The position numbers and the translations under genes are program-made. Below are positions 13,792 to 28,276 of a DNA stretch of 64,000 nt, in pieces. This DNA comes from Eledone cirrhosa (lineage: Eukaryota), in the NCBI GenBank assembly GCA_964016885.1, contig OZ024742.1, positions 112,096,001 to 112,160,000 of the forward strand, given 5' to 3'. Below the pieces are notes generated by a model, which did no database searches, had not been told where the DNA came from, and worked only from the letters and a program-made list of their open reading frames with translations. How positions within the stretch are numbered: position 1 is the first letter of the stretch; every line of letters begins with the position of its first letter.

Positions 13792-13961
13792 CATATATAT
13801 ATACATATATGTATATACATATATATATACCACATATATATATATACATATATATATATACATATATATATATACATATATATATACACATATATATACA
13901 CATATATATATATATATATACATATATATACATATATATATATACATATATATATATCCAC

Positions 13962-13992
<31 letters not shown>

Positions 13993-14157
13993 CATATATA
14001 TACATATATATATATACATATATATATATCCACATATATATATACATATATATATATATATACATATATATACATATATATATATACATATATATATACA
14101 TATATATATATATATACATATATATACATATATATATATACATATATATATATCCAC

Positions 14158-14188
<31 letters not shown>

Positions 14189-14215
14189 CATATATATCCA
14201 TATATATATATCCAC

Positions 14216-14246
<31 letters not shown>

Positions 14247-14315
14247 CATATATATACATATACGTATATATATATACATATATATACATATACATATATA
14301 CATATATATATCCAC

Positions 14316-14370
<55 letters not shown>

Positions 14371-14373
14371 TAC

Positions 14374-14420
<47 letters not shown>

Positions 14421-14421
14421 C

Positions 14422-14498
<77 letters not shown>

Positions 14499-14501
14499 TA
14501 C

Positions 14502-14564
<63 letters not shown>

Positions 14565-14565
14565 C

Positions 14566-14610
<45 letters not shown>

Positions 14611-14623
14611 AATATATATATAC

Positions 14624-14660
<37 letters not shown>

Positions 14661-14673
14661 CATATATATATAC

Positions 14674-14734
<61 letters not shown>

Positions 14735-14748
14735 CACATATATATATG

Positions 14749-14788
<40 letters not shown>

Positions 14789-14798
14789 CGTATATATA

Positions 14799-14830
<32 letters not shown>

Positions 14831-14870
14831 CGTATATATATATATATATACGTATATATACGTATATATA

Positions 14871-14927
<57 letters not shown>

Positions 14928-14993
14928 GTATATATACGTATACATATATTTATATATATATATATATGTATACATATAGGTATATATATATAT

Positions 14994-15055
<62 letters not shown>

Positions 15056-15070
15056 AATATATATATATAT
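13460..15070. repeat. Long (AT)n array with ATAC/ATCC variants
   Basis: Read directly; source of the spurious YI-rich ORFs. Confidence 0.95.
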
Positions 15071-15532
15071 GTATGTATATGTGTGTGTGAGCGTGAGTGT
15101 TGGGTGTGTGGACGTGTGGTTGTACATATAGTTACTTTAACACATACATATTGACAAGTTTGTGTAAAAAAAATGTGCTTTCAATTAATCATTTTGGTAA
15201 AAATCAATAATATTTAATATAAAATGTTGCAAGGAAAACGTTTTCCATCTTTAATGTTTGCTGAAGATGTGTTTCATTTAATTGGTTTCATTTTTAATAG
15301 TTTTTTTTCTTACACATCCAACAACTCATTTTAGCGACGCTTTTATTGGGTTATTTAATAAGGTTACACTTTCCATAATAAATTTTGTCTGACTGTCATG
15401 ATTATGTTATATATATATGTCCAGAGTTTTGGAAAATGACTTACAAACAATAACATATTTACTATGTATGTGTTGATATGTTATGATGTATTTTGAGCTT
15501 ATAAATAAATATATATATTCATGTATGTATAA

Positions 15533-15935
<403 letters not shown>

Positions 15936-16844
15936 ATTTGCGTCTGTGTGTGGTCGGACGTATGCAAATACGTAGGCTGGTATTTTCTATACTTTATGAG
16001 TTTTTATCTGCTAAATAAAACTAAAATGTGGATTTTATGGATGTAAGACCTAATATACTGGAGTGGAAAATTAGATAAATGTTCAACAAATATATCTTCT
16101 GCTTTAACTGACTGTAGACATTTGAATATAACGTGTATTGTCTTCATATATTTGATTATACTGTGTAATCTTCGAATTCAGGAAATTATACATACACTTT
16201 GTCTTCAAATTTAAATAGAATTTGTATCTGTCGCACTTATGTGCAAATATTTTTTCAATGTTTGCCGAAAAAATAACTGTTCGTATATATTCATGACGTT
16301 GCTGCTATGATATAATCTTTAAATCAAATTATACATTCCCCTTTCCTGAATACCTACAGTTTATGTAAAACATAATGGAAAACATAAATTATGAAAGAAA
16401 GAGCTAGGGAGATTGGTAGAGACAGAATAATATAAGAAGTACACCGAATTAACATTAAACAAATAAACAGAGCATACAATTACATTTAGCTGTAGGCGGA
16501 CACATCCTTCCATCACATACCATTTCATGTATAATAGCAGCCGGTAGTAAAATATATCACAAACACAAGATGAAAATATAGCGAATTTGTTCCAGTGTTT
16601 TGCAAAAGATAGTCAGTGTACTAGCGAGATTCTATATATTAGTCCAGCCCACTGGATCTTCAGATAAATCCTTAAACCAAACAATATTTGATTAATAAAG
16701 AATGCACACATCATATATCATATGTATATGCCCCTAAAGCAAAAAAAAAAAAATGGGGCAATCACTGCTGACATCTATTTCGATCCTTTGAATCGGCTTT
16801 GATCTAGGCGAAAACAAGACTTTTAGCATCCGCATATCGTGCAA

Positions 16845-16931
<87 letters not shown>

Positions 16932-17879
16932 ATACACACAAGGTGTCAGATTATCATTGAGTTTATTCAGTTGTGTTGTGCGTTTCCTTATTAATCAGTT
17001 CACGTTTTGATCTCTATCAGATTGATATAGATATAAACTTGAGCTGATCATTAGTGAAATGCACGTCACAGCTGATTAAACGTTATGATGATATTCTGAC
17101 ACTGTGTTCGTACTCATTGTTAATATATTACACTGTGTATATGAATGATACCGACCTTCCTTTAACACCAAAAGTGTAACAATTACTAGACTTAAACGGA
17201 CCCACCTACACATCGAATGCTCAAGTTGGTGATTCAATACTAATATTAAGTTATATATTAATATATGAACCATTGTATCTCCATCGTATGCATTAATATT
17301 GTCCATAAAAATGAGTTCATTATACCATGAGATATTATTTTGAGTTCATACATTATTTGTTTTTCAATTCAAAACGCATCTCTTTGTAATTTGTGTTATT
17401 TTCTCATATAGCAGATGCATATCTTCTCCTGAAAGAATGTTAAATTAGCCATATATAAATATTCATTTCCATATGTATGTATTAATATTACGGACATTTT
17501 ATTAATATACTGCGTCCCAGTATTACACCATGTACATTTATTAAGTTGTCTTTCGGAAATGTATTATATTTTGCACACAGCTTTTTAGAAAACATCTGGC
17601 AGAAATGTTTACAAAACATTAAAGGGCACATTGACTGCTATTTCCCATCGAAACGAATACTTGCAGTTAACAAATATAGACACTTTATATCTATTTTACT
17701 GCTTGCCCCTTTTTGGTTGAGAGAAAAGTGCAATGATCAATAAGTAGGTTCCGAGAATTCTTTTACATCTTTATGAAAAAAAAAAAATACTAAGGAACAA
17801 TTTCCTCATAAGCATAAGGAATGTAATAGTAGTGGTAGTAGTGCTAGTAGTAGTAGTAGTAGTAGTAGTAGTATGAATA

Positions 17880-20800
17880 ATGATTTCATTTATTGGCCAC
17901 AATGGCCGACATATAGGGGACAATACAAAAGACTGGGACAGTGGGGATTTACATATACAACGTGTAAACAATATAAATAACAATAACAAAGTAACAAGAA
18001 AAATACAATAAAAATTCCCCAATAGGGGAGATGACCACCCAGAGTTCACTCAGGTACCCCACCAATCCTGAACGACCCGACGCTTCGAGAGCACCAGGGG
18101 GGGGGGGCATTCTCCTCACGTTCACCCACATTTCAGCAAATGTACTTGGGGGAAGCACTTCTCTCTCCACCCTCACCTTCCTTCTCAAGTGAAACTTGAA
18201 AAAGTTGAATAGGGATTGGCCGAAGAGAAAGATGTCTGTCTTCAGTCCTTTCAACCTCGTCCACCATACAACCTTTTTCGCTACTGCCACCAAACAGAGG
18301 AACATTGCCTTCCATTCTTGGCCAAAAGAAGGCGGCGGGTCGATCTTCACTACGGACTCGGCCGATAGCCGGATCCGTTCTACACGCGACAACAGCTGTT
18401 CAACATAACTCCACAAGTCAGTAATGCATGGGCATTGCAGATCGGTTTCGTCGCTCGGCGCGCATCTCTGGCAGGTCCATGTGACAGCACTTCCGAGCCT
18501 GTAGAGTTTATCTCGAACCGGCAGTGCTACCTGCCAAGCGTGGGAATTTTGGAAGTTATCCATCGTCCCCGGCTCATGTATGGTCCTGGTCGGGATTTCC
18601 CCGGCTCGCAGAACTGGGAGTATTACTGTTCTGCTGTCAGTTGCAGTAGAAGGCTTCCAGGAGATCGGAGAACGAGTCTGGCATATTTACGTAAATCTCG
18701 TAGGGCAAACTATCCAAACCGTGTGACTTACGCCTCATGCATCTGACAACGGCATCCTGAATCCTTGCTAAAGTTATCAGCTTTGCGCAGCAATGAGCGT
18801 CGGCCATCAAGAGACGCGGCAAGCCATCGAGGTAACGACTGAATAACGCTACTGTATCTGACTCCCCACTCCCCCCGAACAGTGCTGACGAAAGGACTCA
18901 CACATCCACCTGGAATTGTTCAGGTCGTGTCCGTCTCGGTCCGTCAAAGACCTAATTGTGATTTAATTACCGCTCTGTTTTATTACCTTAGCTCTTATAA
19001 TGCAACCTTTGTTTTTCGCATTGGAGAAATGGTCTAATGCCATTCTCGCCGCTAGTACGTCAGCTACAATGCCACTAAATATAGCCTCGTCTAAGTTAGC
19101 TACCAGCTCCCCCTCCTTTCTATTTTTCTCTAACGCTACTTATCGAAATTACTCTAAACCATATCGACATTACTCTAATCTCTCTATTGAGAACCCCCCA
19201 CGATCTGTTGTTGACGACCCCCGCCCCCCAGGCCCTAACCTATGCGTCTTATCTAGGTTGACCATGGAAGACCACAAACTTGTGATCAGAACAGGCGACC
19301 GTTTTAAAACGTGAATAGCTTACACTAGTTTTATCTATTTTCGTGATGAAAATCCTGTCTATATATGATCATGGTAACTTTATGCGATTGGTTAACTCCA
19401 CACTGGCGCTTTAGGGAAATCTAGTGGGTACCTGTCAGACAGTTGGAACTGACTAATTCCACGCGGTCTCAGCGTGCGTCTAAGATGCCGTTCCATCCCC
19501 CACTAACAGGGAAGGGCGAGACGTACCCAGAAAGAAGTCCGGCTGTCCAGCTCCGACAGGGGCGTAGAGGGCCACCAGTCTAAAGGCACAACCTTCACTA
19601 TTGTTCACGGCCATGACCACCGACTTACCATCCGGGCCCTGGAAGATCGACCTTACCTCGAGATCCAGGCCTTCGCTAAAAAACACTGCCACACATCTTC
19701 TATTTCCGGCCGTCTAACAGATGCGAAAATCTGATAGTCGTCAAAAATGGGGGTTTGCGCGCGCTTGTAGGAAATCCTGGTCTCCCTGATGGTAATCACA
19801 TCCATTTTAGAGACCTGAGGTCGTCCAGCAGGCCACGCTGCTCTCCGGGACGCCCCCAGGAATTGAACATTTACAATTCCTACTCTTAATATGGCCATGT
19901 TGGCAGGCTGAAAGAGAGAGGAAAGGTTTACATAACTTCCGGGCACTTGTGAAGGTCGGGTGGTTCGACCACCATAATTGGTGGGGTTTCTGGTGATGGT
20001 GTTAGTGGTGTTGATGTTGGTGTGTAGTTTATTTCTTTGTGTGTTTTCTTCTTTGCTCTTTGGGGGATTTTGGTTTGCCCTCATCTTCACTACAGGAAGA
20101 CGAGTGGTCTGTGTGTGTATTTATGTTTTTATTCATGTTCGTATTTTCTGGGAGAGGGAAATGGGAGCACTTTCTTCGTTTCGCTCCTGGGAGGCCAATG
20201 TTGGTGGTGGCATTTCCATTGGTGTCGTTGTTGGTGGTGTTGCCGGTGCTGGTGTTGGTGTCGGCAGCAGTGGAGGCCTTCGGCCCAATGCACCTTTCAG
20301 TAGTTGATGGTAGAAGGCTCACAAATGGCCTGCTTCTCTGCAAACGAAACAATGTGGCATTTTGCATTTAGTCATTATATGTACCACCGTTCCGTTCTGT
20401 AGACGTATGTGTTACGGGATTGTTTTTTCATTCTCGGGCCTGATCTAGAGAAGTATCTCCAGGTCAACCCAGGGCCGGTCCTCCCAGTCAGTCCCTGTTA
20501 TCGGGACCGTATCCGTCCCATCTACAATCATGCATCCCAGGAACCACCACATGCCAAGTCCTTGTCGAATCCTGGGAATGCGGACACGAGCCGATCGTTT
20601 TCCCATGTGGAAGGGTACATAGTGACCTCGGGGTCATTTCATATTTTATAGCGAGGGTTTCTGACTAAAGCAGCACCTACATTGTGTCATATTGTCTCTC
20701 CTTCGCTATTTATTCGGTGTCATCACCTGAGCGTGGTTTCAATATCTGTCCGGGCAATTAAAGCCGACCACTTTGTTTCTGCTGAGATGCATCTGAAATG

Positions 20801-21330
20801 CACCTTTCTACGTTCCACTGCTTCACTGGCTTCTGCTGGTACTGTTAAGTTGGCCCAGGTTTGCTCTTGCTTGATGAGCTTCCTGGTCGAACTTTTCATC
20901 TTTATATCGTAAGGTCCATGCTGAAGCATAGCCGCAGCGAAAGTGTTCTTGTTGTTGGTACTATTCTTATAGTTGTTGGTAGTGTTGATTGTGTTGTCAT
21001 TGTTGTTGTCTTTGTTCTTGTTAGTGATATCACTGTTGCAGTTGGTTTTGTTGCTGTTGATGCTGTCGCTGTTCATGTTCTTGTTGGTGTTGTTAATTTC
21101 GCTGTTTTGTGTTGTCGTTGTTTCTTTTGTTGTAGTCTGTCTTTTGGTTGCCGTTGTGGTCATTTTTTTAATGGTTAGTGTTCACAGTTTTGCTGTTGTT
21201 GCTGTTCACAGATTTTCAAGTTGTTTGTGGTGGTGTTTTGGGGGATAAATTTCTGTGTTCGCCGTAACCTCCTCTCAACGTTTAAGCCGCTGTCACACGA
21301 CAGCAGATTTACCGTTGCGGGACGGGGTTC
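17880..21330 (-). mobile_element. Degraded, internally deleted Tx1/L1-clade LINE (copy 1); 5' limit approximate
   Basis: APE motifs ILRVGIVNV and FRLVALYAP; RT-start KSHGLDSLPYE; C-terminal ALPVRDKLYR..CQRC; 3' end homologous to 21790 onward and followed by an (AGT)n tract at 17826-17872. Confidence 0.8.
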
Positions 21331-21566
21331 AGCCATGTTTTCCTTTTCGATATTTTTTTAAAAGTACACAAAGTTCAAATATTTGAGCTAAAGGGCACGA
21401 ATATTATAGAATCTCCCCTTCACAGGGCAAAGAAGGAAGTTTTACGACCATTTTCACAAAATGCAATCATTATTACAAATGAAAATAAACTGAAAATGTA
21501 CCACATTTACGGAACTCCAAAAAGACGTCTACACTGTCTGACAGCCAATAATAACAATAATAGTAA

Positions 21567-21747
21567 TTATTTCTGCTTTTGGCACAAGGCCAGCAAGTAT
21601 TCCAGCTCATTACTGGTGCTTTTTTTATCGACCCAGTAAAGATGAAAACCGAAGCTAACCTCGGCGAGATTTGAACGCAGACCGTAAAGAGCCTTAACTA
21701 TATGCTGCAAAGAATTTCGTCCGACTCTGAATCGATACTGCCAATGC
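21567..21747 (-). mobile_element. tRNA-derived SINE
   Basis: Reverse complement of the SINE consensus (gatactgccaat...gatttgaac...atcgaccc...cacaaggccagcaa). Confidence 0.8.
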
Positions 21748-21790
<43 letters not shown>

Positions 21791-22059
21791 TTTCTTATTA
21801 ACCACAAGGGTTTACATAAAGTAGACATTAAGGACAGTGCAGGACAATACAGGAAGGTACAAATGGGCATTTCTGCGTGTAAAAAACAAAAACAGAGGAT
21901 GTAACAAAAAATAACAATGAAAAATTCCCCAATAGGGGGGAGACTTCGGAGGGACATTTGTGGAGAAAGCTCAGTAAAAGGCCACAATGACCCTGACCAC
22001 CAAGGCAAGTGCCCTCTGCCAGTTTTCCACCTTTAATTTACAGATATATACTCAGAGTA

Positions 22060-25000
22060 GGCCCATTCACTCGGGCCATTCTTGCTTCTCTCACCCATCT
22101 TTCAACAAAATGCTGAGAAAATGAGCACTTCCCTCTCTACTCTGATTTTCCTTTTCAAATGAAATTTGAAAAAGTCAATCAGAGCATCACCGAAGAGGTA
22201 AGTGCTCGTCTTCAGCCCTTTCAAAAGTGTCCACCATACTATCTCTTTCGCCATGGCCACCAGACAGATAAAAACTGCCTGCCCTTCCCGGCTAAAGGAG
22301 GAGAGCGGGGCAATCCTCACGATGGACTCAGATGATAGCCGGATCCGTCCTAAACGCGACAGCAGGTGTTCGACATAAACCAACAAATCAGCAATTTTCG
22401 GACACTGGACGAGTGCGTGCAGGACGGTTTCGTCGCCCTGCGCGCATCTCGGACATGCCCGGCTGACGGCACCTCCATGCCTGTAGAGTTTATCCCGAAC
22501 TGGCAAGGCTCCTCGGTAGCACTGCCAGGCCAGAGATTTCTGGAAGTTGTCCATAGGCCCTGGCCGGAAAGTTCTTTCGAAGAGATTGGCTAGTTGATTT
22601 TCGTCGACGCCTAGAGTTTCCCCAAGTACGTCGTCGCTCTTCCCCTCCACTAATCCTCTATAGAACGCCAAGATGGAGTTTCCACCGATCACATTGCCCG
22701 ATTGGTCGAGGGCTGTGAGCGCCTGAAGACATTCCAGTCTCCAGGCGCTCCCTCTCGGTCTTCGCTTGACCCAGGACTGCAGCTCCGTCAAGGAAACGAG
22801 CTGGGGAAATACGTGTCTAGCAAACGGCGACCACACCTGATCCCTGTCGAGGAAGAGGTGGAGATGTCGTAGCCTGAGCGCGTGCCTGCGCATCATCAGC
22901 CACGACATGCCCAGCCCTCCACGTAGCGGGTGTTGACAACAGATGGACCGCCTGACCATCGGAGCACGTCCCTTCCACAAAAAGCGAAAGAGCAAACGCT
23001 CCAGCGCAGTCAGGCGAGGCTTAGGACAAGGTACGACGGTCAGGCGGTAGCAGATGACAGACGCGATGTACGCGTTAGCCACCTCCGCTCGACCTTTCAG
23101 GGATAGTTTCCTCTCCGCCCATTTCTGGGTGAGAGAAGCCACCCTGCTCATCACCTCGTCTCAGTTTTTGTCCGTCTGGAGGTCCGGACCGAACCAGACC
23201 CCTCGCAATTTAACCGGTCCGTCCGTCCAGCGTCCGACGACGCTGTTGGACGGAATGGACCTGTCTCTCCAGGTGCCGAGCTGCAGGCCAACTGACTTTT
23301 CCTGGTTGATCATTGCTCCTGTCACCGCTTCGTATTCTCTTAGTGTAGTGCCGATCGCCTCGATGTGTTTGGCGTTCGACACCACTACGGTGACATCCTC
23401 CGCATATGCTGACACGGATCTTCCGCATCCTAGTTCGCGCGGGACGCCCCTCAACGTCTCCAGTTTGTGCAGTAATGGCTCGAGAGTCAATACGTACAAG
23501 AGGGACGAGAGAGGACATCCTTGGCGGACCGAACGCATGATGTTGAACGGTTCCGACAGGTGACCGCTCACTCTCACCACAGAGCAGATGTCGCTGTGCA
23601 TGGCAGCGATCAAGCCTCTGAAGACGGGCCCAAAGCCAGCCGCCCTCAGGACTGCCGATAGGTAACAATGGTCGACCCTATCGAAAGCTTTCGAATGATC
23701 TAAATTGATCAAGGACCCACCCGTGCCAGGATCCCTAGCTACCCTCTCTACGATGTATCGCATGAGGTGGAGGTTGTCGTGGATGGATCTGTCGGGAATG
23801 GCGCATGTCTGCGCCTCTCACATCAGACCACCAACGACAAGCGCCAACCTCTTTGCTAGCACCTTGGCCAAAATCTTGAACTCTGTGTTTAGCAGAGTTA
23901 TGGGCCGGAAATTATCTATGTTATCCCCCTTGTTCGGATCCTTTCTCAGCAGTGCCACCGCTCCTCGGCTCACAGAACTGAGAATTCTCCCGTTCTGTTG
24001 CCAGTTGCAGTAGACGTCCGGCAAGAGGCCTCCGAACAAGTCTGGCATCTGTACGTAAAGTTCATAGGGCAGACCATCCAAACCAGGCGATTTACCCCTT
24101 GTGCAGCCAGTCATTGCCTCCCTTACTTCAGCGGCTGTTATCGGCTTTTCGCAACACTTCGCCTCAGTGGCCGAGAGCCGCGGCAGTCCGTCGAGGTAGA
24201 CACTAAAGTCCATCCCTCGACCCGGCCCACCGCTTCCCCCGAACAGCTGAGCGAAATGTCGCTGAAAAGCTTCACACATTTTCCCGGGATCGAGTAGCAT
24301 GCGCCCGTCGTGGTCCACCAAAGACCGGATCGTGGCTTTGTTGAAACGACGCGCCTCCGCCACTCGGGCCCATTGAACGGCTTTCGTCCCCTCGTGTCTG
24401 AGAGCACGCACCCTTGCTCTGACAACGCAGCCTTCGTGCTTTGCATTGAAGAATTGGTCAAGAGCCAATTTCGCCGCAAGCACGTTGGTCGCAATGCCTT
24501 TGCTAAGCGCCTCGTCTAATTTTCTAACTAGTTCTCCCTCTGCTCTATTTTTCTCTATTGCTAAAGCCTTACTAAACCTAATGGATTGTATTCTAATCGC
24601 TCTTTTTAGAGCAAACCACCACTTGTTGTTGACGATGGCCCCCGTCAACGCCCGCTTAACTAGTTCGCTAATCCGGTCTCTGTAGGCCTTGCGCGCTGGT
24701 AAGGACGCGTTTAGCTTCCAGTAGCCGGGTCCTCGTCTATGAAGCCTATCTAAGTCAAGCACACAGATCACAAATTTGTGGTCCGTGTAGCTGACTATCT
24801 TGAATTGTGGACAGCCTATGCTAGACCTATCTATTTCCCTACAAAATACTCTATCTAGATATGATCTGGATGACCCTATGCGATTTGTCCAAGTCCACAT
24901 TGGCACATTCGGGAAATCCAATCGGTACCTGTCAGACGCCTGAGCAGGTTGGTGAGGCACTTGCACACTCCTCCCCTATCCGCTAATCCCACACAGTTCC

Positions 25001-25445
25001 AGCGTGCATCTAAGATCCCGTTCCAGTCGCCCACTAACACTAAAGAGCGGGACGTTCCAAGAAAAGTTTCCAGACGGAAGAAATCAGGCCGCCCTGCTCC
25101 TCTCGGGGCATAGACGGCCACTAGCCTGAAAGCTTGCCCGTCTCCGCTGGTCACGTCCAGCACCACCAGCTTACCCTCTGGGTCCAGGAAGATGGCCCGT
25201 ATGGCGAGATCCAAACCTCTCCGAAAAAGCACAGCAACTCCTCCCCCCGATCCAGGACGGCTGGGAGATGCGTACACATCGTAGCCGCCGAAGATTGGTG
25301 CGAAGGGCCATGCTTCGGAGATTCTGGTCTCGCTGATGGCCACTACATCTATGTTTAGTGACCTGAGGTCGTTGAGCAGGTGACCCTGCTTCCATGACGA
25401 CCCCAAGCCACGCGCATTTATGCTGCCTATTCTGAGTTAGGTCAT
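22060..25445 (-). pseudogene. Tx1-like ORF2 (APE endonuclease, RT, C-terminal zinc knuckle), frameshifted
   Basis: LRIGSINARGL, ISET, VLVGDWN, SYLDRVF, YTDH, KSPGLDGLPYE, NFRPITLLNTEFKILAK, LDHSKAFDRVDH, SVRQGCPLS, AYAED and CPRCAQGDETVLHALVQC, spread over several frames. Confidence 0.9.
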
Positions 25446-27600
25446 GTTTAAAATAGAGTGGAAACGATGGGACCGTACTTTTGGTAGAGGAGGGATGGTT
25501 TTTACATCCCTTTTCACTTCATCGTCTGGTGAAGGGACCGTTGAATTGTCCCTTCGGCTGGTCGTCGGCTCTTCTATGAGAATGTCTGAATATACTCTTC
25601 GATTGATAGTTCCTCCTAGGTCCCTGAAATCACCAACTGCGTTGGGGAATTTCGTTTTAATGTTTGTGTATTGTTTCTGTGCTATTTTTAGCAGTCTTAT
25701 GTTAGTTGGCGTTTTGATTGGTGCTGGTATTATATAGTCGTGTTGTGAAATGTATGTGTGTTCTATTATGTAAGTCATTAGTTTCTTGTTGTGTGTATTT
25801 ATTGCCGTGCATTTGTTTTTCTGGGGGTGGGGTGTGGTTCTGCTATTTTCTTGTCGTTGTTGCTGGGTGTGTGTGTTTTGTTGTTGTGTTTGCGATGTTG
25901 GTGCTTGTGGTGGTGGTGTTGAAGGTGTTGTTGGCGGTGCGGTTGTCGCCGGTGGCGATGGTGGTGCTAGTGTGGGTGGTGATGGTGTTGGTGGTGTTGC
26001 TGCTGTGGGTCTCTTTGCAGTAGACTTTACCCTTTTCTCATTTCTTTCCTCCCTTTTCAAAGGCGACGATGCGCTGCTTCTGCGTTTGTGCCTTCTTACG
26101 ACCAATGCCATCCCTCTCCCACCTCATACTCCATATCTGATTCTGTGAGGTCGGGGAGGGGTACCAGCTCCACTCTTTCACTTGTTGTTGTTGGTGATGT
26201 TTGCACTGGAGTCTCTGTTGCAGTTGCATTTGGTATTGCTGTTGTTGTTGTTAATACTTCCACTGCTGCTGCTGTTTTTGATTTCCGTGGCGTGGGTTTG
26301 GGTGCCACAGACTTATCGTTCCTGGTTGCCGCTTGTCCTGTTGCTGGTAGCCGTGGAGCCGGTTTCGGAAGGAGGGGGGTTTTCTCCTTTCTCAGGGTCT
26401 TCTCGTTGCAGAAGGCCCTGAGGTGAGTCTTCGATCCACAGCGAAAGCATTTCGGGCGTTTGCCCTCAACACTTATGGGCAGTTGAGTGCCGTTATCGAA
26501 GTCTATCACACCCGGGATAGCTTCGATGCACTCCTGGTTGGTTTAGATTAGCATCTCAATGGAGGTGCCGACCCAATCTTCTCTTACTTTTTTCTGTACT
26601 TGCAGTACAGTTGTTTTGTCCTCGATTCCGACGAGGACAGACGCTGCCAGCCAAGAAGGGGCCATCCCGTGGGGGACGTGTGTCAGTTTGACCCTCACAA
26701 TTTTTTGCCCGCAGTAGGAGGGCACCAACACCATTTCCTCGCTCCTTAAGGTCATTATGGATTGGGCCTTTGCCTCCTGGGGTGTGGCAAAAAGTACGTC
26801 TACGGTGGCATATTTTTTGCCTCGGGTGATGTGCGTTATCCGCTGCCACACAGACCCCAAGGCTTTTTGTATTTGAGCCTCTATGGCTCTTTCCACCCTA
26901 CGGGTTTTTGTACTTACTGTACGGTAGGTGACCGTACAGTGTTGTTGGGTTTCGAAAAATGTTTCCGCTGCCTTGCAGATTGCTCGGTGTCGAGTCTTTG
27001 TCACCATCTTCTTCGCTTCCTCTAATTCCTCATTTGTTATGAGGATTGTTTCCAAGTTTTTCGCAATACCTGCAAATGAGATTGGTTTTTCTTTGCTGTT
27101 GTTGTTGTTGTTGTCGTCAGAGCTGCTGTTACTTTTGTTGTTGTCGTCAGAGCTGCTGTTACTTTTGTTGTTGCTGCAGGTACTACGACTACTGCCTCCG
27201 CCACTGTTGCTGTGGTTGTTGTTGGTGTTGCTGCTGCAATACTGTTGTTGTTTATGCTGCTGATGATGCTGTTGCGGCTGCTACTGTTGTTTTCATTGTC
27301 ACTGTTGCTGTTGTTATTACGGCTGCTACTGCTATTATTCCTGACGTCAGACGAATGAAATGGGTTTTCGTATTTCCCGCACACCTGTTTCGTCGTTGTC
27401 GTCGTCGTCGTGGAAAAATCTTGCACGCTTTGCACGAGACTTTTCTTTTTTGTCGTCGCTTGCGAAAGAGAAGGGAGGGAGAGAGACACATTTAAAGAAG
27501 GGAGGGAGAGAGACAATCTTCTCTCTGCTGTAGTGATGATTGAGGAAGAAGAAGACGGAATGAGTGGGAGTGACCTATGAAAATTCTTTTTCGTAGCCAT
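25437..27600 (-). pseudogene. Tx1-like ORF1 (gag-like, CCHC zinc knuckle, low-complexity N- and C-termini), frameshifted
   Basis: ORFs 27037-27636, 26543-27055, 26096-26509 (CFRCGSKTHLRAFC) and 25437-26111, directly upstream of ORF2. Confidence 0.75.
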
Positions 27601-27837
27601 GTTGTTTTTTTTGTTTAAAATAAATATTGGGCACAAAACCCCAATAAGCAGTTATTTAACCCCGAAGGGCCAAATAACGGGCAGAAAGACCCCGCTCACG
27701 AGGAGGAGGGTGTTTTTGTCTACAAGTTCGTTAAAGTTTTAAACAATTTACAATTGTTATAGCGTTCAATATTTACAATACCTTACAGAGCCGAGCCTCC
27801 GTGAACCATAGCATTCAATAATAATAATAATAATAAT

Positions 27838-28028
27838 AATTTGTTCTACGTTAGGCACAAGGCCAGCAATTACCCAGTACATTACTGGTACTTTATTTTA
27901 TAGACCCCGTAAGGATGAAAGGCAAAGTTAACCTCGACGGGATTTGAACTCAGAATGGCAAGGGCCGTAACTCTATGCGTCAAAGCATGGCGTCCGACCC
28001 TCTACCGATGCTGCCAATCCACCGCCCT
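27838..28028 (-). mobile_element. tRNA-derived SINE between (AAT)n tracts
   Basis: Full-length reverse-complement match, ending gccaatccaccgccc. Confidence 0.85.
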
Positions 28029-28060
<32 letters not shown>

Positions 28061-28061
28061 T

Positions 28062-28221
28062 GGCCCCGCCACGCTTTTTGGAACGCTTCAAAAGGCATGC
28101 TTGCTGGGAACAGCAAGAACCCACCGATACGTCCTGAATATCTGAAGCTGCAGGTAGTGGCTTGATATTCATTTCAACAAACTTTCCAGTTAACTAACAT
28201 CAATGACTGAGACTCAAAGAA
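28062..28221 (+). mobile_element. 3' terminal fragment of R4/Dong-like family B
   Basis: Near-identical to 31703-31860; followed by (AAT)n at 28222-28274. Confidence 0.85.
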
Positions 28222-28222
28222 C

Positions 28223-28274
<52 letters not shown>

Positions 28275-28276
<2 letters not shown>

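Larger units (their letters stand above)
21790..27817 (-). mobile_element. Near full-length Tx1/L1-clade LINE (copy 2), flanked on both sides by (AAT)n
   Basis: ORF1 with CCHC knuckle; ORF2 with APE, RT and C-terminal CCHC; (AAT)n at 21749-21788 and 27818-27840. Confidence 0.9.

Noticed and set aside
13410-15154. Long Tyr/Ile/His-rich ORFs on both strands (also at 186-501, 2054-2559, 6154-7748, 40749-41205 and 51445-51865)
   Set aside because: These are translations of stop-free (AT)n/(AC)n microsatellites, not genes.
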